NCBI GenBank assembly: GCA_964515285.1
Contig: CAZEUV010000002.1
Location: 6,507-70,283 of the forward strand
Direction: 5' to 3'
Source of the DNA: an uncultured Maribacter sp.
GTDB taxonomy: Bacteria; Bacteroidota; Bacteroidia; Flavobacteriales; Flavobacteriaceae
DNA: 63,777 nucleotides
Shown: piece after piece, positions 19,899 to 30,127 of the stretch
Layout of the letters: every line of letters starts with the position of its first letter
How positions within the stretch are numbered: the stretch's first letter is position 1
Notes under the pieces: model-generated
The model's database searches: none
What the model saw: the letters and a program-made list of their open reading frames with translations, nothing else
What the model was told of the DNA's origin: nothing
Translations under genes and position numbers: made by a program

Positions 19899-20504
19899 AT
19901 GTTCAGTGAGTCCGCATTTACTATTTTCGAGAAAAGTATCAACAAATATCATATTGAAGATGATGTTTATCAGTCGTTTACCAATCCGTACCCTAAAGAT
20001 GATATTGACCACTTACTGTATCGTAAGAATTGGATCGATACCGTACAATGGCATTATGAGGATATAATTCGTGACCCCAATATTGATCCGGTAGCGGCTT
20101 TGATCCTAAAGCGTAAAATCGATGCAAGCAATCAAGATCGCACCGACTTGGTCGAATACATCGATAGCTATTTTTTAGACAAGTATCGTTCGGTTCAGAT
20201 AAATGATGGTGCGGTCATTAATACTGAAAGTCCTGCTTGGGCCATAGACCGGTTGTCTATACTGTCACTGAAAATCTATCATATGAACGAAGAGGCGATC
20301 AGAACGGATGCCTCTAAAGATCATTTAGAAAAATGCCGGCAAAAACTTCAGGTGCTGTTAGAGCAAAAGAAAGACCTGTCAACGGCGATCGACAGGTTGT
20401 TGACCGATATCGGGAATGGCGATAAGTATATGAAGGTGTACAAGCAAATGAAAATGTACAATGATGATGAGCTGAATCCGGTATTAAGAAAGAAAGCTCA
20501 CTGA
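19899..20504 (+). CDS. DUF4254 protein
   Basis: WIDTVQWH.ED, KIDASNQ.RTD, NTESPAWAIDRLSIL; TAACTTTG promoter at 19874-19881. Confidence 0.85.
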   Translation: MFSESAFTIFEKSINKYHIEDDVYQSFTNPYPKDDIDHLLYRKNWIDTVQWHYEDIIRDPNIDPVAALILKRKIDASNQDRTDLVEYIDSYFLDKYRSVQINDGAVINTESPAWAIDRLSILSLKIYHMNEEAIRTDASKDHLEKCRQKLQVLLEQKKDLSTAIDRLLTDIGNGDKYMKVYKQMKMYNDDELNPVLRKKAH

Positions 20505-20546
20505 TTCTCAAAGGGAGAACCCCATTTTGATTCATATTAGTATCCT

Positions 20547-21626
20547 ATGAAAAAGGTGAAATCGGTTCAAAAGAAAGCACTGTCTTCAGGAGCGGTCGGG
20601 CAACATCTTTTGGTCATCCGTTTGTCGGCAATGGGTGATGTTGCCATGACCGTACCTGTTCTTTCCGCTTTGGTTCGGCAATATCCTGATTTGAAAATAA
20701 CCGTACTCACCAGAGCATTTTTCAACCCTCTATTTTCTGAATTACCGAACGTACAGGTGTACGAAGCCGGTGTAAAGGGAAAGCATAAAGGTATTTTCGG
20801 ACTTTGGAAATTGTATAAAGAACTGAAGGCGCTGCAAATAGACGCTGTTGCAGATTTGCACAATGTTCTGCGCAGTAAGATTTTAAAGCTATTTTTTAGG
20901 TTAGGAGGAATTCCATTTTTTCAAATTGATAAAGGTAGGGCTGAAAAAAAAGAACTTACCGCTAAAAAAAATAAGGTTTTCAAACCTTTGAAAACTACCC
21001 ACAAACGGTATGCCGATGTTTTTGCCCAATTGGGTTTTTCGTTGGATGTGTCAAAAGCACCTCTTTTGCCCCGACAGCAACTGACCGATAAAGTTTTGAA
21101 GTTAGTAGGCAGCGATACTAAAAAATGGATAGGCATTGCCCCTTTTGCTGCTTTTAAGGGTAAAATGTATCCGTTGCATTTAATGGAAGCGGTCATAGAA
21201 CAACTAGACAATACTGATAAGTATAAAATATTATTGTTCGGAGGAGGAAAGGAAGAAGTGCGGCAATTGGAAGTATGGCAGACCAAATACCCTTCTTGTG
21301 CCAATACCGCAAGTAAATTTGATTTTTCAGATGAGCTGAAATTGATTTCCAATCTTGATGTTATGTTGGCAATGGATAGTGGAAATGCACATTTGGCATC
21401 GATTTATGGAATCCAGACGATTACTTTGTGGGGCGTGACGCACCCATATGCGGGGTTTTACCCTTTTGGGCAAGAGGCGGATAATGCGCTATTGGCCGAC
21501 CGGGAAAATTTTCCTTTTATACCGACTTCAATCTATGGCAATAAAATGCCCGAGGGGTATGAAAAAGCTATGGAGACTATCCATCCAAATACTATTACAA
21601 GAAAAATAGAGAACCTGTTGGGTTAA
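20547..21626 (+). CDS. Glycosyltransferase family 9 (heptosyltransferase-like)
   Basis: RLSAMGDV, DLHNVLRS, MDSGNAHLA, LWGVTHP. Confidence 0.9.
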   Translation: MKKVKSVQKKALSSGAVGQHLLVIRLSAMGDVAMTVPVLSALVRQYPDLKITVLTRAFFNPLFSELPNVQVYEAGVKGKHKGIFGLWKLYKELKALQIDAVADLHNVLRSKILKLFFRLGGIPFFQIDKGRAEKKELTAKKNKVFKPLKTTHKRYADVFAQLGFSLDVSKAPLLPRQQLTDKVLKLVGSDTKKWIGIAPFAAFKGKMYPLHLMEAVIEQLDNTDKYKILLFGGGKEEVRQLEVWQTKYPSCANTASKFDFSDELKLISNLDVMLAMDSGNAHLASIYGIQTITLWGVTHPYAGFYPFGQEADNALLADRENFPFIPTSIYGNKMPEGYEKAMETIHPNTITRKIENLLG

Positions 21627-21632
21627 AGTTGA

Positions 21633-22250
21633 TTACACGGTTGTGCGCTTTGCCTCAATAGATTTGAAATAAAAGCGCAATTGTGACATAAAGCGATATT
21701 TTCTTGCTGAAGGGGCGGTTTCTACCATTAACGCTCGAATACCAATATACGAGCCCATCAAATAAATGGCAACACCTTCTGCATCTATATGGCGGTCAAT
21801 ATAGCCATTGAATTTACCACGTTGAATGGCAGAAACAAGGGCGACCTCCCATATTTTTACGATTTCGTTCAAGTGTTTCATGATTTCACGGTTTCTTCCG
21901 TTGAACTCATTGATAAAGTTACTTAGCACAAAACCACAGTCCATTTCATTATGTACCGCTGTCTCCAGTGCATTTTCAAAACAGTTGGTAATAAGTTCCA
22001 AGGTGTTATTGTGTCCTTCAATGGGTTCGATCAATGCACTATAGGTTCTGCGTACCAATAGATTTTGAACAATCTGAACAAAAAAATCCTCTTTTGAATC
22101 AAAATGATAATAAAACGCACCTTTGGAAAGAGAAAGTTCTTTTAAGATATCATCTACACTGGTGTTGTAGTAGCCATTTTTATAAAACAATTTTAATCCA
22201 ATGACTTGCATACGCTGTATGGTTGCCATGCTTTTTAGGTTCTTTTCCAT
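21633..22250 (-). CDS. TetR/AcrR transcriptional regulator
   Basis: GYYNTSVDDI..LSKGAFYYHFDSKE helix-turn-helix. Confidence 0.92.
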   Translation of the reverse strand: MEKNLKSMATIQRMQVIGLKLFYKNGYYNTSVDDILKELSLSKGAFYYHFDSKEDFFVQIVQNLLVRRTYSALIEPIEGHNNTLELITNCFENALETAVHNEMDCGFVLSNFINEFNGRNREIMKHLNEIVKIWEVALVSAIQRGKFNGYIDRHIDAEGVAIYLMGSYIGIRALMVETAPSARKYRFMSQLRFYFKSIEAKRTTV

Positions 22251-22386
22251 AAGATTTGAATTTACTCGTTAAACAGATGGCTAGGTCTGCATATATAACC
22301 AATGGTTCTCCACTTTGGTATACATGATCGGATGATTTGCATCAAAATTCGATAAAAACCCTAAAATGTGGTTTTAAGATAGATTT

Positions 22387-23445
22387 TCACTCAGCTATTG
22401 TACCTTGACAACTACTCCCGGCACTAGCTGTACACCCATAACAATGTTGTGAGATGATAATGTTTCTATCGTTGAGAAGGGCCTCGTTATAATCTTTGAT
22501 ATGTTTCACTTTGCTAGCTACTTTTAAGTCGAGCATTTGGTTGAAATCGCAATCGTACAGCCAACCATCCCAACTTATTGAAATCGTATTGGTGCACATC
22601 ACATTTGCCACGGCAGAAGGGTTGTAGGCTTCGACTAAAGCGTACATATAGTCTTCATAGTTTTCAGAGGCGATCAAATAATCTAAAAACCGTGCAATGG
22701 GTAGGTTGGTAATGGCAAAAAGGTTGTGAAACCGTATATCGAAATCTTCTTTCAAGGCTTTTTTGAAATCTTTTTCCATTGCCGCTTGATCTCCGGGCAA
22801 ATAAGCTCCTGATGGGTTATAGACCAAATCTAAGCGCAGTTTGCTATCGGGCATTCCGTAGCCAACGGCATTCAATTCTTGAAGTGCTTTTATCGACTTG
22901 TCAAAAACCCCATCGCCACGTTGCTTGTCGGTTTTTCCACGGGTGTAGTGCGGCATAGAGGAAACGACGTGTACATTGTGCTTTTTAAAAAAATCAGGCA
23001 GATCGTAGTACTTTTTGTTTGCCCTGATAATGGTCAAGTTCGAACGTACGATAAAGTCTTGAATACCCGCTTTTGCGGCTTCCTCTACAAACCACCTGAA
23101 ATCAGGGTTCATTTCGGGCGCTCCTCCGGTCAGATCTAATGTATGGGCATTGGTATTTTTGATTATCTCTAAACATTGCTGCATTGTATCACGGGTCATG
23201 ATCTCTTTTCGGTCGGGCCCAGCATCTACATGGCAATGCTCGCATACTTGGTTGCACATATAGCCCACATTGATTTGTAGAATCTCCAATTTTCTGGGAC
23301 GGAGCGGAAAATACCCGATTTCAAAAATTTTATCCTTAAAATAAGGAAGTTCGCCCTCTGCAAAGATGGCACCGTTCAATATTTCGAGTTGTTTATTTGA
23401 AACAGCAAGTTCGTTCTGCTGTGCCTTTAATGATTTTGTAGCCAT
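22387..23445 (-). CDS. arsS: Arsenosugar-biosynthesis-type radical SAM protein ArsS (Cys form)
   Basis: CNQVCEHCHVDAGP radical SAM motif, LDLTGGAPE, YDCDFNQML, C-terminal HCYGCTASAGSSCQG. Confidence 0.85.
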   Translation of the reverse strand: MATKSLKAQQNELAVSNKQLEILNGAIFAEGELPYFKDKIFEIGYFPLRPRKLEILQINVGYMCNQVCEHCHVDAGPDRKEIMTRDTMQQCLEIIKNTNAHTLDLTGGAPEMNPDFRWFVEEAAKAGIQDFIVRSNLTIIRANKKYYDLPDFFKKHNVHVVSSMPHYTRGKTDKQRGDGVFDKSIKALQELNAVGYGMPDSKLRLDLVYNPSGAYLPGDQAAMEKDFKKALKEDFDIRFHNLFAITNLPIARFLDYLIASENYEDYMYALVEAYNPSAVANVMCTNTISISWDGWLYDCDFNQMLDLKVASKVKHIKDYNEALLNDRNIIISQHCYGCTASAGSSCQGTIAE

Positions 23446-23499
23446 TTTTTAGTATTTCCGTTCTAGTATTTCCGGGTTTCAAAACTTGCTAGGTTTCAT

Positions 23500-23835
23500 T
23501 TACATTGATAATTTATTGTATTTGTTCATCATTTGAACCCCGTGTACTAAGGTCGCCCCACTTTCAATAGCGGCACCCACATGAACGGCCTCCATCATTT
23601 CTTCTTTGGTGACGCCTTTTTGTAGTCCATCTTTGGTATAGGCATCAATGCAATACGGGCATTTGACCACGTGCGATACTGCCAATGCTATCAAAGATTT
23701 TTCACGTGAACTGAGCGCTCCTTCTTCGAATACTTTTCCATAGTAGTCAAAGAATTTTATTCCTAATTCTTCACTCCATTCAGTGATTTTACCGAATTTT
23801 CTTAAATCTGCCTGATCGTAATAGGAATCTGCCAT
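23500..23835 (-). CDS. ArsS-associated peroxidase-like (CMD/AhpD) protein
   Basis: REKSLIALAV..CPYCIDAY, HGVQM. Confidence 0.85.
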   Translation of the reverse strand: MADSYYDQADLRKFGKITEWSEELGIKFFDYYGKVFEEGALSSREKSLIALAVSHVVKCPYCIDAYTKDGLQKGVTKEEMMEAVHVGAAIESGATLVHGVQMMNKYNKLSM

Positions 23836-24033
23836 ATTTTATTTTTATTAGATGTTATTTCATAGAACTAGTTGAACCGAGTACCAAATGAACCCGTGTA
23901 AACTTACAAAGAAAATCAACTTTTGAATTGGTCGTTAACAGAGTATGTTGATTACAAACCTAGGAAGGAGTATTTTTGTAGGCTTTCTTCGAGGTAGTTT
24001 TCCAATCGAGCAAGAATTAACCCCTTAGGGGGG

Positions 24034-25083
24034 CTACACATCATCAAAATCTACTTTCAAAACAGGCGTCAACGCATGAGCTTGACAGGTAAGGATCAGC
24101 CCTTCTTCAATTTCGCCATCGGTCAGAATCTGGTTTTTCACCATTTCCGCCTTTCCCTCTACGATACGTGCAATACAGGTGCTGCACACTCCGCCTTGGC
24201 ACGAATAGGGAGCATCTATATTTTCTTTCAGAATCGCATCGAGTACCAAGATCTTTCGGTCCATGCCGAAGGAAAAGGTTTCATCATCGATTGTCACCTC
24301 CACTTTTGTTTGCCCTTCCACATTTGTCGGAAGCTCATCTTTTATTTCCGTTGTAGTAAAAAGTTCAAAGTGAATTTTATCCGAAGAGATATCATTATCC
24401 TTCAGAGCACCACTTACCAGATGGATCATAGCTTCTGGCCCACAAAGATAAAAAGCATCAAAGGCAGTATCTTTATGTTTGTTCTTTAGGGCATAGTTCA
24501 CGGTCGATATATCTATACGACCAAAAAGGGAATCATTTTCCTGTGTTTTACTATTGGTGAAATACACGAAAAATCTGTCAGGATGATTCAACTGTAGTTT
24601 TACCAGATCAGTGTAGAACATGGTCTCTTCGTATGATTTGTTGCCATAGACCAACACGAATTTGTTCTTGGGGTTACATTCAAGCACCGTTTTCGCAATA
24701 CTCATGATAGGGGTTATGCCACTACCTGCTGCGAAAGCGGCGATGTTTTTTGAGCTGTCGGACGGCTCAAATACAAATCGCCCTTCAGGGGGCATCACTT
24801 CGAGTATGTCGCCTACGGCCAATTTTGAGTTTGCAAAATCAGAGAAACCACTGTTATCCACTTTTTTGACCCCAATGGTGATCGAATCATTTTTGGTCGA
24901 TGAACTTATAGAGTACGCCCTACGAAGTTCTTTACCCTTAATTTCCTTTTTAATGGTAATGTACTGTCCAGCCGTAAAGATAAAAGTTTGAGTTAGTTCT
25001 TTCGGAATGTCAAATGTAATTGCAACTGATTTGGGCGTTAACGGTTTAATGTGTTTTACCGTTAGGGGATAAAAGTCGGCCAT
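24034..25083 (-). CDS. FAD/NAD-binding oxidoreductase with C-terminal 2Fe-2S ferredoxin (PaaE-like)
   Basis: RAYSISS, AAGSGITP, LCGP, CQGGVCSTC..C; TAATTTTG promoter at 25100-25107 (-). Confidence 0.9.
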   Translation of the reverse strand: MADFYPLTVKHIKPLTPKSVAITFDIPKELTQTFIFTAGQYITIKKEIKGKELRRAYSISSSTKNDSITIGVKKVDNSGFSDFANSKLAVGDILEVMPPEGRFVFEPSDSSKNIAAFAAGSGITPIMSIAKTVLECNPKNKFVLVYGNKSYEETMFYTDLVKLQLNHPDRFFVYFTNSKTQENDSLFGRIDISTVNYALKNKHKDTAFDAFYLCGPEAMIHLVSGALKDNDISSDKIHFELFTTTEIKDELPTNVEGQTKVEVTIDDETFSFGMDRKILVLDAILKENIDAPYSCQGGVCSTCIARIVEGKAEMVKNQILTDGEIEEGLILTCQAHALTPVLKVDFDDV

Positions 25084-25338
25084 GTTTTCGATTTTTAGGC
25101 AAAATTAAGAAAAGCCTTGCCCATTGAAAAATTTAGGTTGGTGAAAAGAGTACATCTTTGATTATGAACTCATCTTGAGTTATTGTATTTGAGCTAAAAA
25201 ACAATGCTTCCTACCTGAGCGAACGGGCGGGTTGTTCTCAAATGAAGTTTTTTTTTGCAAATAACTTCAATACTAATTCCATGATTAATACGTTCAGTAA
25301 GTCCGAATATTCCTTCTGCATAATTAAGCAACCTGCTC

Positions 25339-27369
25339 ATGAATCTCCATAAAAAAATCAAACTCATTTCACTTTTGTTTATCTGCTATAATGCAGCTCA
25401 GTCACAAGAAAATTGCGACCAACCCTATATGGAGATTGGTATGGGGCTATCAGGAGGTTATTATTACTCTTCACAACATGTTTTTAAAGATTATGCTCTC
25501 AACAGAAATGTCTGGGCAACTACTTATGTTGGCGGGGCATTTAACACCAAAGAAGGAGATTTATTAAGTGTTGATAGTGATGGTTATCCTTTAAGTTTAC
25601 CACAGAACATTAATGGTAAAGAAATGTTTGTTAGGTCAATGTTAACAGCCGATGGGTTTATGCCCTTGGGCAATTATTTTCTCTTGTACGAAGGTGAGGC
25701 TGAAATCTCTTTTAAAGGAGCTTTAAAGTTTGTAGAGAACGTTTCTGAAGGTAAAATCAAGTTTGAGGTTGTAGGAGAAAACAATGGTTGGATAGATATA
25801 AATACAACGCCTTTGGGCAATCATATAAAAGCTATAAAAGTCATTCCAGAAAAATATATCGATAATTTTGAATCAGAACCATTTATTCCTGAATTTATTG
25901 AAAAGATAAAGCCTTATTCGGTTTTACGAATGATGAATTTGATGAAAACCAATAATTGGGATACTACAAAAGATCAATTTTTATATGACAAAGATGAGTT
26001 TTTGCGTGATAGAGAGTGGTCTGAACGAGTATTGCCTACCTATTACACTCAAAGTGGAGTTTCACAAAGGGGAATGGCTTTTGAATATATAATCAGTATT
26101 TCAAATTATTTAAATAAAGACATTTGGATAACCATTCCGCATAATGTGAGTAATGATTTTGTAAAGGAAATGGCTAAAATGTTCAAACAGACATTGAAAC
26201 CAAATTTAAAAATATACTTAGAATACTCAAATGAACTATGGAACTGGCAATTTTATCAGACCAGATGGATAGAAGAACATAGAGAAAATGGTCGTTTTCC
26301 AGGTGCAGAAAATCACAGCCAAGCAGCAGGTATGAGAGCTAAAGAAGTTTATAATATTTGGATGCAAGAATATAGTGGACTTGAAGACCAAGTGGTACGA
26401 ATTATTGGCGGGCAATCATCCAACCCTTATGTTGGTGAACAGTGGATGAAAGTTATGGAAGATAGTGAATGGGATGCCTTGGCAATTACTCACTATTATG
26501 GTATAAAAAACGCATATGGAGAAACCGACCCCAACTATCAATTTAGAGATCGTATGCTCGCATTGGGCTCTGATGCGAAAATAACTGATATTGTTGATCT
26601 TGCTAGGGAGTACCATGCGTATTTAAAAAATAAAAATGGCGGCAATGGTTATTGGAAAGGCAATATAATCAATGCAAATAATCATGGTAAACCTACAGTG
26701 ACTTATGAAGGGAATGGTCATATTGTTTCCGGAGACAATATTGATGATCCTGTCTTATTAGATTTAGTTTTACGGGCAAGCAGATCTCCAGAAATGGCTG
26801 TTTTTTATGGCGAGGTTATCAATGATATGCGAGATTGGGGCATGTCTCTTTTAATGCCTTTTGTACTAGCTAAAAAACCAAGTATATGGGGCGATTGGGG
26901 ACACTATGAATCAACATTTGATACAGAAATACCACCTAAAGTTCAAATATTATTAGATAATATATCTCCTTGTCAATTACAAAATACCGACAATGATGAT
27001 GATAACGTAACCAACAGCAATGACCTATGCTCTAATACACCAAATGGAGAATCAGTAGATGCCAATGGTTGTTCACAAAGCCAGTTGGATGATGATGATG
27101 AAATTGTAGATGAGGAAACTATTGACGATGGCCCCTATCCAAACCCGTTTCAAACTGAGTTCACCATACCTATAGGAAAAGATGAAATTGGCAAGAAGAA
27201 ACTTGTACGGCTTTTTAGTATTTCTGGTCAGATTTTACAGAGTTTAGAGGCCACGGTAAATGAAAATGGAAATTTAAAAGTAGAAAATTTAAATATTCCT
27301 TCAGGAACCTATATTTTGATGGTTGACCGAACTGGTTTTGCTAGTTTTTACACAATTATCAAGATGTGA
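25339..27369 (+). CDS. T9SS-secreted putative glycoside hydrolase (clan GH-A-like) with TSP3-like repeat
   Basis: Signal peptide; YLEYSNELWN and YEG candidate catalytic glutamates; DxDxD..DLC..TP.GE.VDANGC repeat; YPNP..GTYIL..IIK C-terminal T9SS sorting domain. Confidence 0.65.
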   Translation: MNLHKKIKLISLLFICYNAAQSQENCDQPYMEIGMGLSGGYYYSSQHVFKDYALNRNVWATTYVGGAFNTKEGDLLSVDSDGYPLSLPQNINGKEMFVRSMLTADGFMPLGNYFLLYEGEAEISFKGALKFVENVSEGKIKFEVVGENNGWIDINTTPLGNHIKAIKVIPEKYIDNFESEPFIPEFIEKIKPYSVLRMMNLMKTNNWDTTKDQFLYDKDEFLRDREWSERVLPTYYTQSGVSQRGMAFEYIISISNYLNKDIWITIPHNVSNDFVKEMAKMFKQTLKPNLKIYLEYSNELWNWQFYQTRWIEEHRENGRFPGAENHSQAAGMRAKEVYNIWMQEYSGLEDQVVRIIGGQSSNPYVGEQWMKVMEDSEWDALAITHYYGIKNAYGETDPNYQFRDRMLALGSDAKITDIVDLAREYHAYLKNKNGGNGYWKGNIINANNHGKPTVTYEGNGHIVSGDNIDDPVLLDLVLRASRSPEMAVFYGEVINDMRDWGMSLLMPFVLAKKPSIWGDWGHYESTFDTEIPPKVQILLDNISPCQLQNTDNDDDNVTNSNDLCSNTPNGESVDANGCSQSQLDDDDEIVDEETIDDGPYPNPFQTEFTIPIGKDEIGKKKLVRLFSISGQILQSLEATVNENGNLKVENLNIPSGTYILMVDRTGFASFYTIIKM

Positions 27370-27562
27370 CACTATTCCGCACTCTCTAGATTAAAAATAA
27401 CTGGGATTAGACTTTTACTATTCACACAATTTTTAAAATAGCCCCACAAAAAACCAAGCGCTTTGTTCTTTTTCGATCTTACCCGATTCTTTTTGCATTT
27501 TATCGACCAACTACATAATAATTCAGTTGTTTTTCAGTTTAGGTTACGTACGTATATATAGA

Positions 27563-30121
27563 ATGTCGAAGCTTCAAATTAAACTTATCATATTCGCATT
27601 GCTGGGGGGCATGGTCTTTAATGCCTGTTCTACCAAAAAAGATGCCGCTCTCAACCGTAACTGGCATGCGCTGAATACGAAGTACAATGTGCTTTACAAC
27701 GGCAATATCGCTTTTGAAGATGGGCGTGCAGAGCTCAACACGAACTACAAAGACGACTATTGGGAAATTCTGCCCGTAGAACGCCTTGAAGTTACCGAAG
27801 ATATCAGGCTTGATTCTGAGGACAACAACCCCAATTTCATCATTGCCGAAGAAAAAGCGACCAAGGCCATACAAAAACACAGTATGGATATCAGAGACCA
27901 TGAGAGAAACCCTCAAACCGATGAGGCTTTTCTACTTTTGGGCAAGGCCAGGTATTTTGACCAGCGCTATATTCCCGCTTTGGAAGCCTTTAACTATATC
28001 ATTAAAAAATATGCTTACAGCGATAAGCTAAACAAGGCCCATATTTGGCGAGAAAAAGTCAATATTAGATTAGAGAATGAAGACTTGGCCATCAAAAACC
28101 TACGCCGTTTATTGAAATACGAAGATTTAAAAGATCAAGAATATGCCGATGCTAGGGCGATGTTGGCCCAAGCTTTTATCAATTTAAAAGCACCCGACAC
28201 TGCTATTCGAAATTTGAAAATCGCCTCGTACTATACGAAAAAGAAACCCGAAAAGGGCAGATACTATTATATCTTAGGTCAGTTGTACAATCAACTGGGC
28301 CATAAAGACAGTGCCAACTATGCCTTTGACAAAATTATCGAGTTGAACCGTAAATCTCCACGGGTGTACATGATCAATGCCAAGATACAGAAAATACGCA
28401 ATACCGAACTGACCGAGGAGAACAAAGAAGAGGTGCTTGAGTACTTGACCGATATGGAGGAGAACCGTGAGAACCGTCCGTTTTTAAGTTTGATTTACCG
28501 TCAAGTAGCTGAGTTTCATTTGACGAACACATCAGACAGTTTGGCGTTGGCCTATTTTAACAAATCACTCAGGGCAACACAGAACGAACCAAAATTGAAT
28601 GCCCTCAATTACGAAAATCTAGCGGTTTACAATTTTGACCAAAATATTTATAAAATTGCGGGGGCTTATTATGATAGCGTACTGACCAACCTGCCCGAAA
28701 ATTCCAAAAAATTCCGTCGCACTAAAAAGAAACTTGACAATCTTGAAGACGTTATCAAATACGAAGACATTGTTCAGTACTCAGACAGTGTCATTACCCT
28801 TTACAAGCTTCCGAAAGATGATCAGATCGCTTATTTTGAGAAGTATATTTCAGAAATGAAAAAAGCCGAAGAAGAAGCCGCTAAAAAAGCAGAGGAAAAG
28901 ATAACGGCTGGCTTTGCCGCTTTTGGCGAATCAAAGGGAGGTAAGGAAAACAAAGGAAAATTCTATTTCTATAACATTCAGAGCCTTGGGTATGGCAAGA
29001 ACGATTTCACTACCCGATGGGGAAACCGTGAACTTGAAGATGATTGGCGTTGGAGCAATAAAAATAGAGCCTTGCCAGCAGAAGCCCTTAACGAGACCTT
29101 AGTGGTAAGTGACAGTGTGAGTACAGAGCTTACCGAAGACGAGAAATATTCAGTGGATTTTTACATGGAAAAAATCCCAACGGATGTTACCGTAATAGAT
29201 AGCCTGAATACCGAACGCAATTTCGCCAACTATCAATTGGGTCTTATTTATAAAGAAAAGTTCAAAGAAAATGTCTTGGCGGCCGGAAAGTTGGAAGATG
29301 TCTTGAAATCAGACCCAGAAGAAAGATTGATACTTCCATCCAAATACAATTTGTATAAGATTTATGAAGAAGAAGGAAGTCCGTTAGCTTCAAGCATGAA
29401 AGAGAACATATTGCAAAACCACAGTGATTCACGTTATGCCGAGATCTTGTTGAACCCACAAGCCGTGCTGATCGATAGTGACGACAGTCCTGATTCAAGG
29501 TACGTGACCCTCTACAGACAATATAAGAAGCAAGAGTTTCTGAGTGTAATCACCGGGGCAGAGGAAAACATCAACAGATATACGGGTGATCCCATTGTGC
29601 CCAAGTTCGAAATGTTGAAAGCAAATGCCATTGGTAGATTAAATGGTTTTGAGCCCTTTAAAGAAGCATTGAACTATGTAGCGCTGACATATCCGAACAA
29701 CCCAGAAGGCAAAAAAGCCGAACAGGTGATAGCGGAACAACTGCCTAAATTGGCGACCAAAGAATTTTCGCCCGAACAAGGTTCTACAGGCACAGGAAAT
29801 TGGAAAGTGGCTTTCCCGTTTAAACGAAATAAAAACGAAGAAGCGTTAAAATTGAAGGAATTGCTTGAAAAATCGATAAAAGATTTGAAATATAAGCGGG
29901 TGGTTTCAAAAGATATTTATACCTTGGAAGACCAATTTATTGTCGTACACGGGTTCAAATCGAAAGAATTCGCCCTAGGTTACGTAGAGTTACTTAAAAC
30001 AAACAAAGATTATAGAGTTGATAATGAGAGTTTTGTTATTTTATCCTCCAACTATAAAGTAGTACAGGTGCATAAAAATTTACAAGAATATAAGAATTTA
30101 GTTATAACCCCAAAACCATAA
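27563..30121 (+). CDS. sprE: TPR lipoprotein, SprE/PorW family (T9SS/gliding)
   Basis: Lipobox FNAC, CSTKKD..NRNWH..YNVLYNG, FYFYN..F...WG.R.LEDDWR; start reassigned to MSKLQ. Confidence 0.75.
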   Translation: MSKLQIKLIIFALLGGMVFNACSTKKDAALNRNWHALNTKYNVLYNGNIAFEDGRAELNTNYKDDYWEILPVERLEVTEDIRLDSEDNNPNFIIAEEKATKAIQKHSMDIRDHERNPQTDEAFLLLGKARYFDQRYIPALEAFNYIIKKYAYSDKLNKAHIWREKVNIRLENEDLAIKNLRRLLKYEDLKDQEYADARAMLAQAFINLKAPDTAIRNLKIASYYTKKKPEKGRYYYILGQLYNQLGHKDSANYAFDKIIELNRKSPRVYMINAKIQKIRNTELTEENKEEVLEYLTDMEENRENRPFLSLIYRQVAEFHLTNTSDSLALAYFNKSLRATQNEPKLNALNYENLAVYNFDQNIYKIAGAYYDSVLTNLPENSKKFRRTKKKLDNLEDVIKYEDIVQYSDSVITLYKLPKDDQIAYFEKYISEMKKAEEEAAKKAEEKITAGFAAFGESKGGKENKGKFYFYNIQSLGYGKNDFTTRWGNRELEDDWRWSNKNRALPAEALNETLVVSDSVSTELTEDEKYSVDFYMEKIPTDVTVIDSLNTERNFANYQLGLIYKEKFKENVLAAGKLEDVLKSDPEERLILPSKYNLYKIYEEEGSPLASSMKENILQNHSDSRYAEILLNPQAVLIDSDDSPDSRYVTLYRQYKKQEFLSVITGAEENINRYTGDPIVPKFEMLKANAIGRLNGFEPFKEALNYVALTYPNNPEGKKAEQVIAEQLPKLATKEFSPEQGSTGTGNWKVAFPFKRNKNEEALKLKELLEKSIKDLKYKRVVSKDIYTLEDQFIVVHGFKSKEFALGYVELLKTNKDYRVDNESFVILSSNYKVVQVHKNLQEYKNLVITPKP

Positions 30122-30127
30122 ACAATA

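Noticed and set aside
22274-22289. caga-N8-tctg candidate TetR operator
   Set aside because: Only 4-bp arms; not significant
22387-22420. Selenocysteine recoding in arsS
   Set aside because: The motif position is Cys and the TGA comes after the complete motif as a normal stop
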